A DNA stretch of 62,863 nucleotides from the NCBI GenBank assembly GCA_019510095.1, contig JAEKLB010000022.1:1-62863 (forward strand), given 5' to 3'. Of the stretch, positions 1-8,753 are shown piece by piece. A program made the translations under genes and the position numbers. Each line of letters begins with the position of its first letter. Within the stretch, counting starts at the first letter, position 1. The notes beneath the pieces are model-generated. The model saw nothing but the letters and a program-made list of their open reading frames with translations. It did not search any database and had not been told where the DNA came from. The stretch is from Acidobacteriota bacterium (GTDB lineage Bacteria; Actinomycetota; Acidimicrobiia; Acidimicrobiales; CADCSY01).

Positions 1-411
1 CGCCACGAAGGTGTCGCCGAACGCGTCGTCGGCCGCCAAGCCGGTGAAGCCGCCCCACAGGAACCCGAGCGCGAGGGCGAGCGCCCCAACCGCCACGGCG
101 CCGGCCACTGCGGTCACGGCTCCGTGCAGCACGGCGCCGGCCACGGCGCCGAGGACGGCCCCGGCGAACCCGACGAGCACAGCGCCGACACCGGCGCGGC
201 GCCCGACGTAGCCCATCACGGCAAGATCGGTCTGGCGCTCTTCGTCGTTGGTGACCGGCAGCTTCGCGCGCGCCGCCCCCGGCCCTTCCAGGCCGATGTC
301 CTCAGCCTCAACCCCTCGGCGTTCCAAGGCCATCAGGCCGTCCCGCGCCTTGCGCATCGAGGGATAGGTCGCTCGGACCTCAGCACTGGGTCGCCCTGCG
401 CTGCTCGTCAT
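1..411 (-). CDS. Partial membrane protein (runs off the window edge), Gly/Ala-rich helices; possible general-stress membrane protein
   Basis: Not in the ORF track (no stop in window). Hand translation from ATG at 411: MTSSAGRPSAEVRATYPSMRKARDGLMALERRGVEAEDIGLEG...AVMGYVGRRAGVGAVLVGFAGAVLGAVAG...LALALGFLWGGFTGLAADDAFGDTFVA, open to position 1. Confidence 0.6.
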   Translation of the reverse strand, partial: MTSSAGRPSAEVRATYPSMRKARDGLMALERRGVEAEDIGLEGPGAARAKLPVTNDEERQTDLAVMGYVGRRAGVGAVLVGFAGAVLGAVAGAVLHGAVTAVAGAVAVGALALALGFLWGGFTGLAADDAFGDTFVA

Positions 412-519
412 GGAACGTCCTGTACCCGGTTCGGCCACGCCTGCTACGTGTGCCGACCTGGTTGTCGTCGCCGGGACCGGGTAGGGGATCGCCGGGACAC
501 CTGGCGGAGGAGGTCGCCT

Positions 520-2277
520 GTGAGGCTTGCGTCGGAAGCTCTTGTCGAACGTCTCGCTGAGTGGGGGGTCGACACCGTCTTCGGCCTGCCCGGCGACGGC
601 ATCAACGGGATCATGGAGGGGCTTCGCCGCCACCGGGATCGCATCCGCTTCGTGCTCGTGCACCACGAGGAAGCGGCCGCCTTCATGGCGACGGGCTACG
701 CCAAGTCGACGGGCCGGCTCGGGGTGTGCCTGGCGACCTCGGGCCCGGGCGGCATCCACCTGCTGAACGGGCTGTACGACGCCAAGCTCGACCATGTCCC
801 GGTGCTGGCCATCACCGGGATGCAGGGGACGTCCCTCCTCGGGACGGGCTTCCAGCAGGAGGTCCATCTCGAGCGGCTGTTCGAGGACGTTGCCGAGTAC
901 AACGTGCTCGTCCATGTGCCCGCCCAGATCCCGGCGCTGGTCGACAACGCGGTCAGGACGTCGCTGGCGCGTCGCACCGTGTCCCACATCACCCTGCCGG
1001 TCGACCTCCAGGAGGCCGACGCCGACCTCGCCCCCTTCGAGGGCGGCCTGGGCACCGGCCGGCTCCCGCACACCTCTGCCGTCTTCCTCCCGAGCCCGGT
1101 CGTTCCTCCGCCCGATCACCTCGATCGGGCCGCCGCCGTGCTCAACGAGGGCACCAAGGTCGCGATGTTGGTGGGTGTCGGCGCGCTCGGAGCACGGTCC
1201 GAGGTGCTGGCCGTGGCCGACCGGCTGGCCAGCCCGATCATCAAGACGCTTCCCGGCAAGGGGGCCGTCCCCGACGACGATCCGCTCACCACCGGCGGTC
1301 TGGGCCTGCTCGGCACCCGTCCCTCGGAGGACGCCATCGACCAGTGCGACACCCTGCTCATGGTGGGCACCAACTTCCCCTACACGGCCTACCTGCCGGA
1401 GAAGGCGCGGGTCGTGCAGATCGAGGTCGACCCGGTGCGGGCCGGTGGGCGCATCGCCACCGAGGTGCCCCTCGTCGGCGACGCCGCCGACACCCTCCGG
1501 TCCCTCCTGCCCCTGCTCGTGCGCAAGGAGGACCGGGCCTTTCTGGAGACGGCCCAGGCGGCGATGGTGGACTGGCGCGCCGAGCTGGCGGCGCTCGAGT
1601 CGGCGGAGCGGGAGCCCATCCAGCCCCAGTACCTGGCCCGGATGATCGATCGCGTCGCCGAGGACGACGCCATCCTGGCGACCGATTCCGGCACGATCGC
1701 CACCTGGGCGGCACGCCACTTCGACATCCGCGGCGATCGACGGTTCATGCTGTCCGGCAACTTGGCCACCATGGCGCCCGGACTGCCCTACGCGATCGCC
1801 GCCCAATGGGCCCATCCCGGCCGGCAGTGCGTCGCGTTCGTCGGCGACGGCGGCTTCGCCATGTTGATGGCCGAGTTCCTCACCGCCGTCCAGCACGGCC
1901 TTCCGATCAAGGTCGTGATCTGCAACAACGGTGAGCTCGGTCAGATCCTCTGGGAGCAGATGGCGCTCGGCTATCCCGAGCACGGCGTCCGGTTCCAAGG
2001 GCCAGCGAACTTCGCGTCGTGGGCCGAGGCGTGCGGCGGCCGCGGCATCCGGGTCGAGAAGCCAGCAGAGCTCGAGTCCGCGCTGCGAGCAGCGTTCTCG
2101 TACCAGGGCCCAGCGCTCGTCGACGCGGTGGTCAATCCCGACGAGCCGCCCATGCCGCCAAAGGTCACCTACAAGCAGGCCAAGGGCTTCGCCGAGTCGT
2201 TCCTCAAGGGTCAGCCGCGCCGTTCGACGATCGCGTCCACCCTCTTCCGCGACAAGATCGACGAGCTGCGCGCCTGA
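520..2277 (+). CDS. Thiamine pyrophosphate-requiring enzyme, pyruvate oxidase/dehydrogenase (PoxB-like) family
   Basis: GVDTVFGLPGDGIN, HEEAAAFMA, ATSGPGGIHLLNGLYDA and the TPP motif GDGGFAM...NN. Start trimmed to GTG 520 behind a GGAGGAGG RBS. Confidence 0.92.
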   Translation: MRLASEALVERLAEWGVDTVFGLPGDGINGIMEGLRRHRDRIRFVLVHHEEAAAFMATGYAKSTGRLGVCLATSGPGGIHLLNGLYDAKLDHVPVLAITGMQGTSLLGTGFQQEVHLERLFEDVAEYNVLVHVPAQIPALVDNAVRTSLARRTVSHITLPVDLQEADADLAPFEGGLGTGRLPHTSAVFLPSPVVPPPDHLDRAAAVLNEGTKVAMLVGVGALGARSEVLAVADRLASPIIKTLPGKGAVPDDDPLTTGGLGLLGTRPSEDAIDQCDTLLMVGTNFPYTAYLPEKARVVQIEVDPVRAGGRIATEVPLVGDAADTLRSLLPLLVRKEDRAFLETAQAAMVDWRAELAALESAEREPIQPQYLARMIDRVAEDDAILATDSGTIATWAARHFDIRGDRRFMLSGNLATMAPGLPYAIAAQWAHPGRQCVAFVGDGGFAMLMAEFLTAVQHGLPIKVVICNNGELGQILWEQMALGYPEHGVRFQGPANFASWAEACGGRGIRVEKPAELESALRAAFSYQGPALVDAVVNPDEPPMPPKVTYKQAKGFAESFLKGQPRRSTIASTLFRDKIDELRA

Positions 2278-2279
2278 GC

Positions 2280-5126
2280 ATGGGCGGCCTGGCCGAGGAT
2301 CTGGCGGCGCGGGTCGAAGGCGACGTCCGATTCGATGCCGGGTCCCGCGCCCTCGTCGCGACTGGCGGCTCGAACTACCGGCAGCTGCCGATCGGCGTGG
2401 TGGCACCGCGCACGGTCGACGACGTCATCGAGGCGGTGGCGGTGTGCCGCGAGCACGACGCACCCGTGCTGCCGCTGGGGGCAGACACCAGCCTGGCGGG
2501 GCAGTCGACCAACGCCGCGGTCGCCATCGACTTCTCCCGTCATCTCCATCACGTCGTCGACATCGACGCTGGTGGTGGCCAGGCCAGGGTCCAGCCCGGC
2601 GTCATCCGCGACCATCTCGACGCGGCAGCCGCTGCCCACCAGCTGACCTTCGGGCCCGATCCGTCGACGCACGCGTACTGCACGTTGGGGGGGATGATCG
2701 GCAACAACTCCTGTGGCGTGCACTCGGTCATGGCTGGCAAGACCGTCGACAACGTCGAGGAGCTCGATGTTCTCACCTATGACGGGCTGCGGCTCCGGGT
2801 CGGCCCGACCGACGAGGCGACCCTGGGGCGGCTCATCGCCGACGGTGGCCGGAAGGGGGAGATCTACCGTCAGCTCCGCGAGCTTCGCGACCGCTACGCC
2901 GACCTCATCCGGACCCGCTATCCGCGGCTCCCTCGGCGTGTCTCGGGTTACAACCTCGACGACCTGCTGCCCGAGCACGGCTGCAACGTGGCCCGAGCCC
3001 TGGTGGGCAGCGAAGGCACCTGCGTCACGATCTTGGAGGCGACCGTTCGGCTCGTCCCCCGGCCCCGGGCCAGATCGCTGCTCGTTCTTGGCTACCCGGA
3101 CGTGTACGCGGCCGCCGACCATGTCGTGGAGGTGATGGCCCACGGGCCGATCGGCCTCGAAGGCATCGACGAGGAGCTCATCGCCGACATGCGCGTCAAA
3201 CGGCTCCACGTCGAGGAGCTCGACCTCCTGCCAGAGGGGCGAGGCTGGCTGCTCGTCGAGTTCGGCGGGGACGACAAGGACGAGTCCGACGCCCGGGCCA
3301 GGGAGCTCATGGCCGCGCTCGAGGGCCACGGCCCCTCCATGAAGCTCTACGACGACGAGGACTCCGAACGCAAGGTGTGGGAGGTGCGCGAGGCCGGCCT
3401 CGGCGCCACCGCCTACGTGCCGGGGCAGCCCACCACCCATGAGGGTTGGGAGGACGCCGCGGTCCCGCCCGAACGCCTGGGCCGCTACCTCCGCGACTTC
3501 CGCGCCCTGCTCGACCGCTACGGCTACCAGGGCGCGCTCTACGGCCACTTCGGGCAGGGCTGCGTGCACACCCGCATCGACTTCGACCTCCGCACCGCCG
3601 CTGGCATCGCCTCGTTCCGCTCCTTCGTGCACGACGCCGCCGACCTCGTCGTCGCCAACGGCGGCTCGCTCTCGGGCGAGCACGGCGACGGCCAGTCCCG
3701 AGCCGAGCTGCTGCCGAAGATGTTCGGACCGGACCTGGTCCGGGCGTTTGCCGAGTTCAAGGCCATCTGGGATCCGCGCAATCGGATGAACCCCCACAAG
3801 ATCGTGGAGCCGTATCGCGTCGACGAGAACCTGAAGCTCGGCACCAGCTATCGGCCGGTGGCCGTCCGCACCCACTTCCGGTTCCCCGACGACCATGGCA
3901 GCTTCGCCGAGGCGACCCGGCGTTGCGTTGGCGTCGGGAAGTGCCGGCGGACGGGCGGAGGCACCATGTGCCCGAGCTTCATGGTCACCCGCGAGGAGCG
4001 GCACACAACCCGAGGACGGGCCCACCTCCTCTTCGAGATGCTGGAGGGTGACCTCGTCGCCGGTGGTTGGCGGGACGGCGGGGTGAAGGAGGCCCTCGAC
4101 CTGTGCCTGGCGTGCAAGGGCTGCAAGGGCGAGTGTCCGGTGAACGTCGACATGGCGACCTACAAGGCGGAGTTCCTGTCACACCACTACCGCTGGCGTC
4201 TTCGTCCGCGGAGCGCGTACGCCATGGGCCTCATCCACTGGGCGGCCCGCGTCGCCGCCCACGCCCCAGGTCTCACCAACCGGCTGACCCATGGCCGGCT
4301 GACCGGGCCCCTCCTGAAGTGGGCGGGCGGTGTCGCCCCCGAGCGGGAGATCCCCACCTTCGCCGACCGGACCCTCCGCCAGCGCCTCGGGAGCGGTCCG
4401 ATCGGCCGGCCCGACGGTCGGCCCGTGCTTCTGTGGATCGACACCTTCACCGACCACTTCGAGCCCCACATCGGCGAGGCGGCGATCCGTGTGCTCACCG
4501 CGGCCGGCTTCAAGGTGTCGACACCCGAGCGCCAGCTCTGCTGTGGACGGCCTCTCTACGACTACGGGATGCTCGGCCTCGCCAAGCACTTGCTGCGACG
4601 GGACCTCGAGGCGCTGCGGCCGATGCTGACTGCGGGCGTGCCCATCGTGGGGCTCGAGCCGAGCTGCCTGGCGGTGTTCCGGGACGAAGTGGTCAACCTC
4701 TTCCCCGACGACCCGGACGCGCTGCGCCTGCGCTCCCAGGCGATGACCCTCGGTGAGCTGTTCGCGCGTGAGGACGTCGCGCCGGTGGCCCACCTCGACG
4801 GCCGGGCTCTGCTGCACGGCCACTGCCACCAGAAGGCGGTGCTGGGCTTCGGCGACGACCAGCAGCTCTTGCGCTCGACCGGTCTCGACGTCGACGTCCT
4901 CGACGCCGGCTGTTGCGGCATGGCCGGCTCGTTCGGCTTCGAACGGGGTGAGCATCTCGACGTCTCGATCGCCGCCGGCGAACGGGTCCTGCTCCCGGCG
5001 GTGCGGAGCGCGCCCGCCGACGCCCTCATCGTGACCGATGGCTTCAGCTGCCGCCAGCAGATCCGCCAATGCACCGACCGATCGGCCCTGCACCTGGCCG
5101 AGGTGCTCGACCACGGCCTCCGCTGA
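2280..5126 (+). CDS. FAD-binding and (Fe-S)-binding oxidoreductase (GlcD/GlcF-type fusion, D-2-hydroxyacid oxidase-like)
   Basis: FAD-binding PCMH region (TLGGMIGNNSCG), HFGQGCVH and GEHGDG motifs, ferredoxin-like CVGVGKC and CLACKGCKGECP, two CCG motifs. ATG at 2280, 2 nt after the upstream stop. Confidence 0.9.
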   Translation: MGGLAEDLAARVEGDVRFDAGSRALVATGGSNYRQLPIGVVAPRTVDDVIEAVAVCREHDAPVLPLGADTSLAGQSTNAAVAIDFSRHLHHVVDIDAGGGQARVQPGVIRDHLDAAAAAHQLTFGPDPSTHAYCTLGGMIGNNSCGVHSVMAGKTVDNVEELDVLTYDGLRLRVGPTDEATLGRLIADGGRKGEIYRQLRELRDRYADLIRTRYPRLPRRVSGYNLDDLLPEHGCNVARALVGSEGTCVTILEATVRLVPRPRARSLLVLGYPDVYAAADHVVEVMAHGPIGLEGIDEELIADMRVKRLHVEELDLLPEGRGWLLVEFGGDDKDESDARARELMAALEGHGPSMKLYDDEDSERKVWEVREAGLGATAYVPGQPTTHEGWEDAAVPPERLGRYLRDFRALLDRYGYQGALYGHFGQGCVHTRIDFDLRTAAGIASFRSFVHDAADLVVANGGSLSGEHGDGQSRAELLPKMFGPDLVRAFAEFKAIWDPRNRMNPHKIVEPYRVDENLKLGTSYRPVAVRTHFRFPDDHGSFAEATRRCVGVGKCRRTGGGTMCPSFMVTREERHTTRGRAHLLFEMLEGDLVAGGWRDGGVKEALDLCLACKGCKGECPVNVDMATYKAEFLSHHYRWRLRPRSAYAMGLIHWAARVAAHAPGLTNRLTHGRLTGPLLKWAGGVAPEREIPTFADRTLRQRLGSGPIGRPDGRPVLLWIDTFTDHFEPHIGEAAIRVLTAAGFKVSTPERQLCCGRPLYDYGMLGLAKHLLRRDLEALRPMLTAGVPIVGLEPSCLAVFRDEVVNLFPDDPDALRLRSQAMTLGELFAREDVAPVAHLDGRALLHGHCHQKAVLGFGDDQQLLRSTGLDVDVLDAGCCGMAGSFGFERGEHLDVSIAAGERVLLPAVRSAPADALIVTDGFSCRQQIRQCTDRSALHLAEVLDHGLR

Positions 5127-6196
5127 TGCCCATCGACGAGCTCGCGGTCAGCGCCTACACGCTCCCGCTCGACGAACCCGAGTCCGATGGGACCCTGACC
5201 TGGACCGCTACGAGCGTCGTGGTCGCCGAGCCGCGTGCCGAAGGCGTGCAAGGCCTTGGGTTCACCTACGGTCCCACCGCCTGTGCCCATCTCATCAGTG
5301 AACTCCTCGCCGGCGTCGTGCTGGGCCGCGACCCGATGGACGTGCCCGGGGCATGGACGGCCATGGTCCGGGCGATCCGCAACACCGGGCGCCCGGGTGT
5401 GGCGTCGATGGCCATCGCCGCCGTCGACACCGCCCTGTGGGACCTCAAGGCCCGCCTGCTCGAACAGCCCCTGGCCCGCCTGCTGGGCATGGCCCGAACG
5501 AAGGTGCCGGTCTACGGAAGCGGCGGCTTCATCTCGATGACCGACGATGCACTCGCCGCCCAGCTCGGGGGATGGGTGCACGACCAAGGCATCCCCAGGG
5601 TCAAGATCAAGATCGGCAGCGACCGCGACAGCGAACGGGTCGCCCACGCCCGCCGGGCGATCGGCCCCGATGCCGAGCTGTTCGTCGACGCCAACGGCGC
5701 GTACAGCCGCAAGCACGCCGTCCGGATGGCCCGGCTGTTCGACGGTGAGCGGGTCACGTGGTTCGAGGAGCCAGTCTCCTCCGACGACCTCGACGGCCTG
5801 CGAGAGGTCCGTGACCTGGTGGACGTCGAGGTGGCAGCCGGCGAATACGGCTACGACCTCGTCTACTTCGAACGCATGGCCTCAGCGGTCGATGTCCTCC
5901 AGGCCGACGTCTCCCGCTGCGCCGGCATCACCGAATGGCTGCGAGCGGCAGCGGTGGCGGCCGCCCACGGCCTCGAGGTCTCCGGCCACACGGCCCAATC
6001 GCTCCACGCCCACCCCGCGTGCGCCGTCCCCAACCTGCGTCATCTCGAGTACTTCGCCGACCACGCGCGGGCCGACCGCATCCTCTTCCATGGCGTGCTC
6101 GACCCCGATGGCGGCTCGCTCGAGCCCGACCTCACCCGCAACGGCTGCGGCCTCGACCTCAATCGGGGCGCCGCCGAGCGATTCCGGACCGCCTGA
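5126..6196 (+). CDS. Mandelate racemase/muconate lactonizing (enolase superfamily) enzyme
   Basis: AAVDTALWDLKAR, KIKIG, metal ligands in VDAN, WFEEP, AAGEY. TGATG overlap with the upstream gene. Confidence 0.9.
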   Translation: MPIDELAVSAYTLPLDEPESDGTLTWTATSVVVAEPRAEGVQGLGFTYGPTACAHLISELLAGVVLGRDPMDVPGAWTAMVRAIRNTGRPGVASMAIAAVDTALWDLKARLLEQPLARLLGMARTKVPVYGSGGFISMTDDALAAQLGGWVHDQGIPRVKIKIGSDRDSERVAHARRAIGPDAELFVDANGAYSRKHAVRMARLFDGERVTWFEEPVSSDDLDGLREVRDLVDVEVAAGEYGYDLVYFERMASAVDVLQADVSRCAGITEWLRAAAVAAAHGLEVSGHTAQSLHAHPACAVPNLRHLEYFADHARADRILFHGVLDPDGGSLEPDLTRNGCGLDLNRGAAERFRTA

Positions 6197-6252
6197 GTCA
6201 TCCATGGAGCCCGACCGGGGCGCCGACCGATGGCAATGGGCTTCCTCAGGAG

Positions 6253-6917
6253 TCAGGCCCTGACCGAGGACCCGTCGGAAGCGGCATCGGTGAGGAGTTG
6301 GACGACCTCCTCGTCAGTCGTCTGGCCGAACCGCTCGTACCACCGCCGACGGCGATGAAGTCGATCGGCGTGTGGAGGCAGACGACCTCGTCCGCGACCA
6401 GGCGCAGTCGGGCCACCGTGTCCGGCGCGCCGGCCGGTACCGCCAGCACCACCCGTGCGGGCGCGTGAGCTCGCAGGGAGCGCACGGCGGCCTCGGCGGT
6501 GACGCCGGTCGCCAAGCCATCGTCGACGAGGATGACCGACCGCCCCTCTAGCGGCGGGAGAGGCCGTCCGTGGCGATAGCGGCGCACCCGACGGTAGAGC
6601 TCGACCTGCTGGGCCGCGGCCAGTCGATCGAAATCGTCCACCGTCAGGTCGAGGGCTCGCAGCACCTCGTCGTCGCGCACGACGGCGCCGCCCTCGGCGA
6701 TGGCGCCGGTCCCGAACTCGGGCTGATGAGGGGCGCCGACCTTGCGGGCCACGAACACCTCGAGCGGCGCGCCCAGGACGCAGGCCACTTCGTAGCCCAC
6801 CGGCACCCCGCCACGGGGCAGGGCCAACACAACCGGAGCCACCAGAGGCCCGAGCTGCTCCTGGCGCAGCCGCTCCGCCAGCTGTCGCCCTGCGTCGTGG
6901 CGGTCGTGGAATCGCAT
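6253..6917 (-). pseudogene. Phosphoribosyltransferase family protein with an apparent 1-nt frameshift near 6343
   Basis: FHDRHDAG start, LALPRGGVPVG, PRPP motif ILVDDGLATG. After FIAVG the expected WYERFGQTTDEEVVQLL continues in a shifted frame to TGA at 6253-6255. Real lesion or assembly indel. Confidence 0.8.
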
Positions 6918-7052
6918 CACTCCACTCCTGCGTCGGGCGTCATCACCTACCCGGACCGGGATCCCATGACACCGGCGGGACAATGGTGCGGTCCGGCGAC
7001 GCGGGTAGGACAACAGCGACCGGCTGGGCGCGACGCCTGACTCCGGGACCCG

Positions 7053-7355
7053 CTAGGAGGCCTGCTCCAAGCGGGCCCCCGGGCCATCGGCCGCGTGACG
7101 CCCCTTGGGCGCGGGCCGGGCGGCGGGGGACTGGCCGTCCTCGACGGGGTGCTCGACGATCGCGATGACCCGGGCGGCCATGAACCGAGCGGTCCGCACC
7201 GGTTGGCCGGTGCGCGTGACCTCAGCCACCTCGATCACACCTCGGCCCGTGCTCGTCTCGATGCGGCGCCCGGCGCGAGTGGCGATGAGCTCGAACTCCC
7301 GGACTCGCTCGCCGGCATCGATGACGACCTCGACCCGATCACCTTTCACTGCCAC
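7053..7355 (-). CDS. Hypothetical protein (100 aa, beta-rich)
   Basis: Protein-like composition (RVEVVIDAGERVREFELIAT...VIEVAEVTRTG), purine-rich sequence before the GTG start, fills an otherwise empty gap. Confidence 0.7.
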   Translation of the reverse strand: MAVKGDRVEVVIDAGERVREFELIATRAGRRIETSTGRGVIEVAEVTRTGQPVRTARFMAARVIAIVEHPVEDGQSPAARPAPKGRHAADGPGARLEQAS

Positions 7356-7464
7356 CTTTCTTCCCCGATGACCTCTTCGCCACGCTGGCGGCAGCCGGTC
7401 TCAGGGGGTCAGGGGCTGGCTGAGCCGTCAGTCCGGCGGATGTTGGACGATCACCCGTACACGA

Positions 7465-7734
7465 CTACTCGTGCCCGAGCGCGCGGGCTAGCTCGGCCCG
7501 GCCCATCTTCGACCGGCCCGGCAGGTCGCGCCGCTTTGCCTCGTCGTAGAGCTCCTGCCGCGTCCGAGGACCCTTGGCCCCCGTGCGCTTGCGCTTCGCC
7601 ACGGCGGCGCCCTGCTTGCCCAGCGCGGTCCGGGTCTTGGCCGGCAGGTGGGCGATCGACCGCTTGGCCTGGGCGCCGGCCCTCGCCTTCTTGATGTTGC
7701 GCTTCGCCGCCTGCACCTGCTTCGCCGAGGCCAT
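7465..7734 (-). CDS. Small basic protein with C-terminal Rho-N-like helix-extension-helix motif
   Basis: MASAKQVQAAKRNIKKA...TRQELYDEAKRRDLPGRSKMGRAELARAL; TGATG overlap with the upstream gene at 7734. Confidence 0.75.
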   Translation of the reverse strand: MASAKQVQAAKRNIKKARAGAQAKRSIAHLPAKTRTALGKQGAAVAKRKRTGAKGPRTRQELYDEAKRRDLPGRSKMGRAELARALGHE

Positions 7735-7973
7735 CAGGCGGCCTTCTTGCGGGCGGTCGCCTTGCCGCCCTTCCGGCCGGCGGCCTTGTGCTGGGCGGTC
7801 GTGCCGCCCTGATGGCTCTGCGACTTGCCGGCGCCGCTGTGTGACTTGCTGCCGCCCTTCTTCGACGCGCCGGGGGAGTTGGCGATCTTGGCCGCCCGCT
7901 CCTTCGACATGCCCTTGTCCTTGAGCGCCTCGTACTGCTTCTCGTTCTTCACGTTGGCTCGGGTGCCGGGCAC
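7734..7973 (-). CDS. Small basic stress-type protein (KGG-like low-complexity tail; DUF7218-like N-terminus)
   Basis: KNEKQYEALKDKGMSKERAAKIAN followed by SKKGG and GRKGG motifs. Confidence 0.75.
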   Translation of the reverse strand: MPGTRANVKNEKQYEALKDKGMSKERAAKIANSPGASKKGGSKSHSGAGKSQSHQGGTTAQHKAAGRKGGKATARKKAA

Positions 7974-8097
7974 GATGACCTCCTCGTGTTCCGTCGATCC
8001 AAATCGTCGTCCGCGCCACTACCCAGATCTCGCCGAGGAAATGACAACGCAACGACCGACGGGTCGGGCGGAGACGCCTCGTTCGTGCCGGAGGGCC

Positions 8098-8298
8098 TTA
8101 CGCCGGCTCGTTCGGCTCCGGCGGATCGTCCGACGATGGATCGAGCACACCGTTGGCTGGGGCGTCGGGGTCCGGCGGCTCGCCGCCGCCGAACGGCGGG
8201 CGTTCCCCGATCTGGGCCGTGACGTCCTGGCTCTCGGCGTCGGGACCCGCGGGAGTGCTGGTGGGATCGCCGGTGCTGTCGTTCCGCCCGTCATCCAT
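8098..8298 (-). CDS. Small acidic Pro/Asp-rich hypothetical protein (66 aa)
   Basis: ATG overlaps the stop of the upstream small acidic ORF (ATGGATGA), consistent with translational coupling. Confidence 0.5.
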   Translation of the reverse strand: MDDGRNDSTGDPTSTPAGPDAESQDVTAQIGERPPFGGGEPPDPDAPANGVLDPSSDDPPEPNEPA

Positions 8299-8533
8299 GG
8301 CGATGGCCCCCCGCTGCGCCGGAGGGGGGTGTCTCCCGGTCCGGATACTCGCCGCCGCCGAGCTCGTTTCCGGGGCCGACGTTCTCTTGGCGTATCACGG
8401 CCTTCTCGTTGCCCTCGCCGAGATCGACCGGCTCGCTCTCCACCATGTCATCGGATGGCTCGTAGGCAACCCGGTTCTCGTCGCCAGGCAAGCCACCTCG
8501 TGGCTCATCGTGGCCCTTGTTGGGTTCATCCAT
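8291..8533 (-). CDS. Small acidic hypothetical protein (80 aa)
   Basis: MDEPNKGHDEPRGG...VIRQENVGPGNELGGGEYPD; the longer track ORF upstream is the shadow of the SBP gene, so start trimmed to ATG 8533. Confidence 0.6.
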   Translation of the reverse strand: MDEPNKGHDEPRGGLPGDENRVAYEPSDDMVESEPVDLGEGNEKAVIRQENVGPGNELGGGEYPDRETPPSGAAGGHRHG

Positions 8534-8632
8534 GGCTGCGCTGTGCCCAGCGGGACCGATGATGACTCGCACGCAGGCTCCAGACCAGCGGCAACGGCCG
8601 GCCCGAAGTTGTACGGACGCAGGGTCGCCTGA

Positions 8633-8646
8633 ATGTGACATCACAT
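8633..8646. promoter_or_regulatory. Palindromic operator-like site ATGTGA-CA-TCACAT
   Basis: Perfect 6-bp inverted repeat 10 nt upstream of a TTGACA -35 element in a divergent intergenic region. Confidence 0.45.
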
Positions 8647-8656
8647 GCCGTATCCC

Positions 8657-8685
8657 TTGACACATCGAGCCACCTTCGGTAAACC
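8657..8685 (+). promoter_or_regulatory. Sigma70-type promoter for the SBP gene (TTGACA-N17-TAAACC)
   Basis: Exact -35 consensus at 8657-8662, 17-nt spacer, -10-like TAAACC at 8680-8685. Confidence 0.55.
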
Positions 8686-8753
8686 CGAGGTGGGCGCCCG
8701 ACGTTGTCGTGGTCCCGTCGTCATCGCTCGCACCATCGCTCCAGGGGGGACAC

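Noticed and set aside
124-519. N-terminal extension of the TPP enzyme ORF
   Set aside because: Overlaps the divergent minus-strand gene; a strong RBS precedes GTG 520.
2211-4025. 604-aa minus-strand ORF (and similar long ORFs at 10415-12292, 19093-21189, 22527-23912, 39989-42568)
   Set aside because: Antisense shadows of well-supported genes; high GC suppresses stops, and the translations carry no family motifs.
8633-8646. CRP/GlxR binding site
   Set aside because: Half-sites match but the spacer is 2 nt rather than the required 6.
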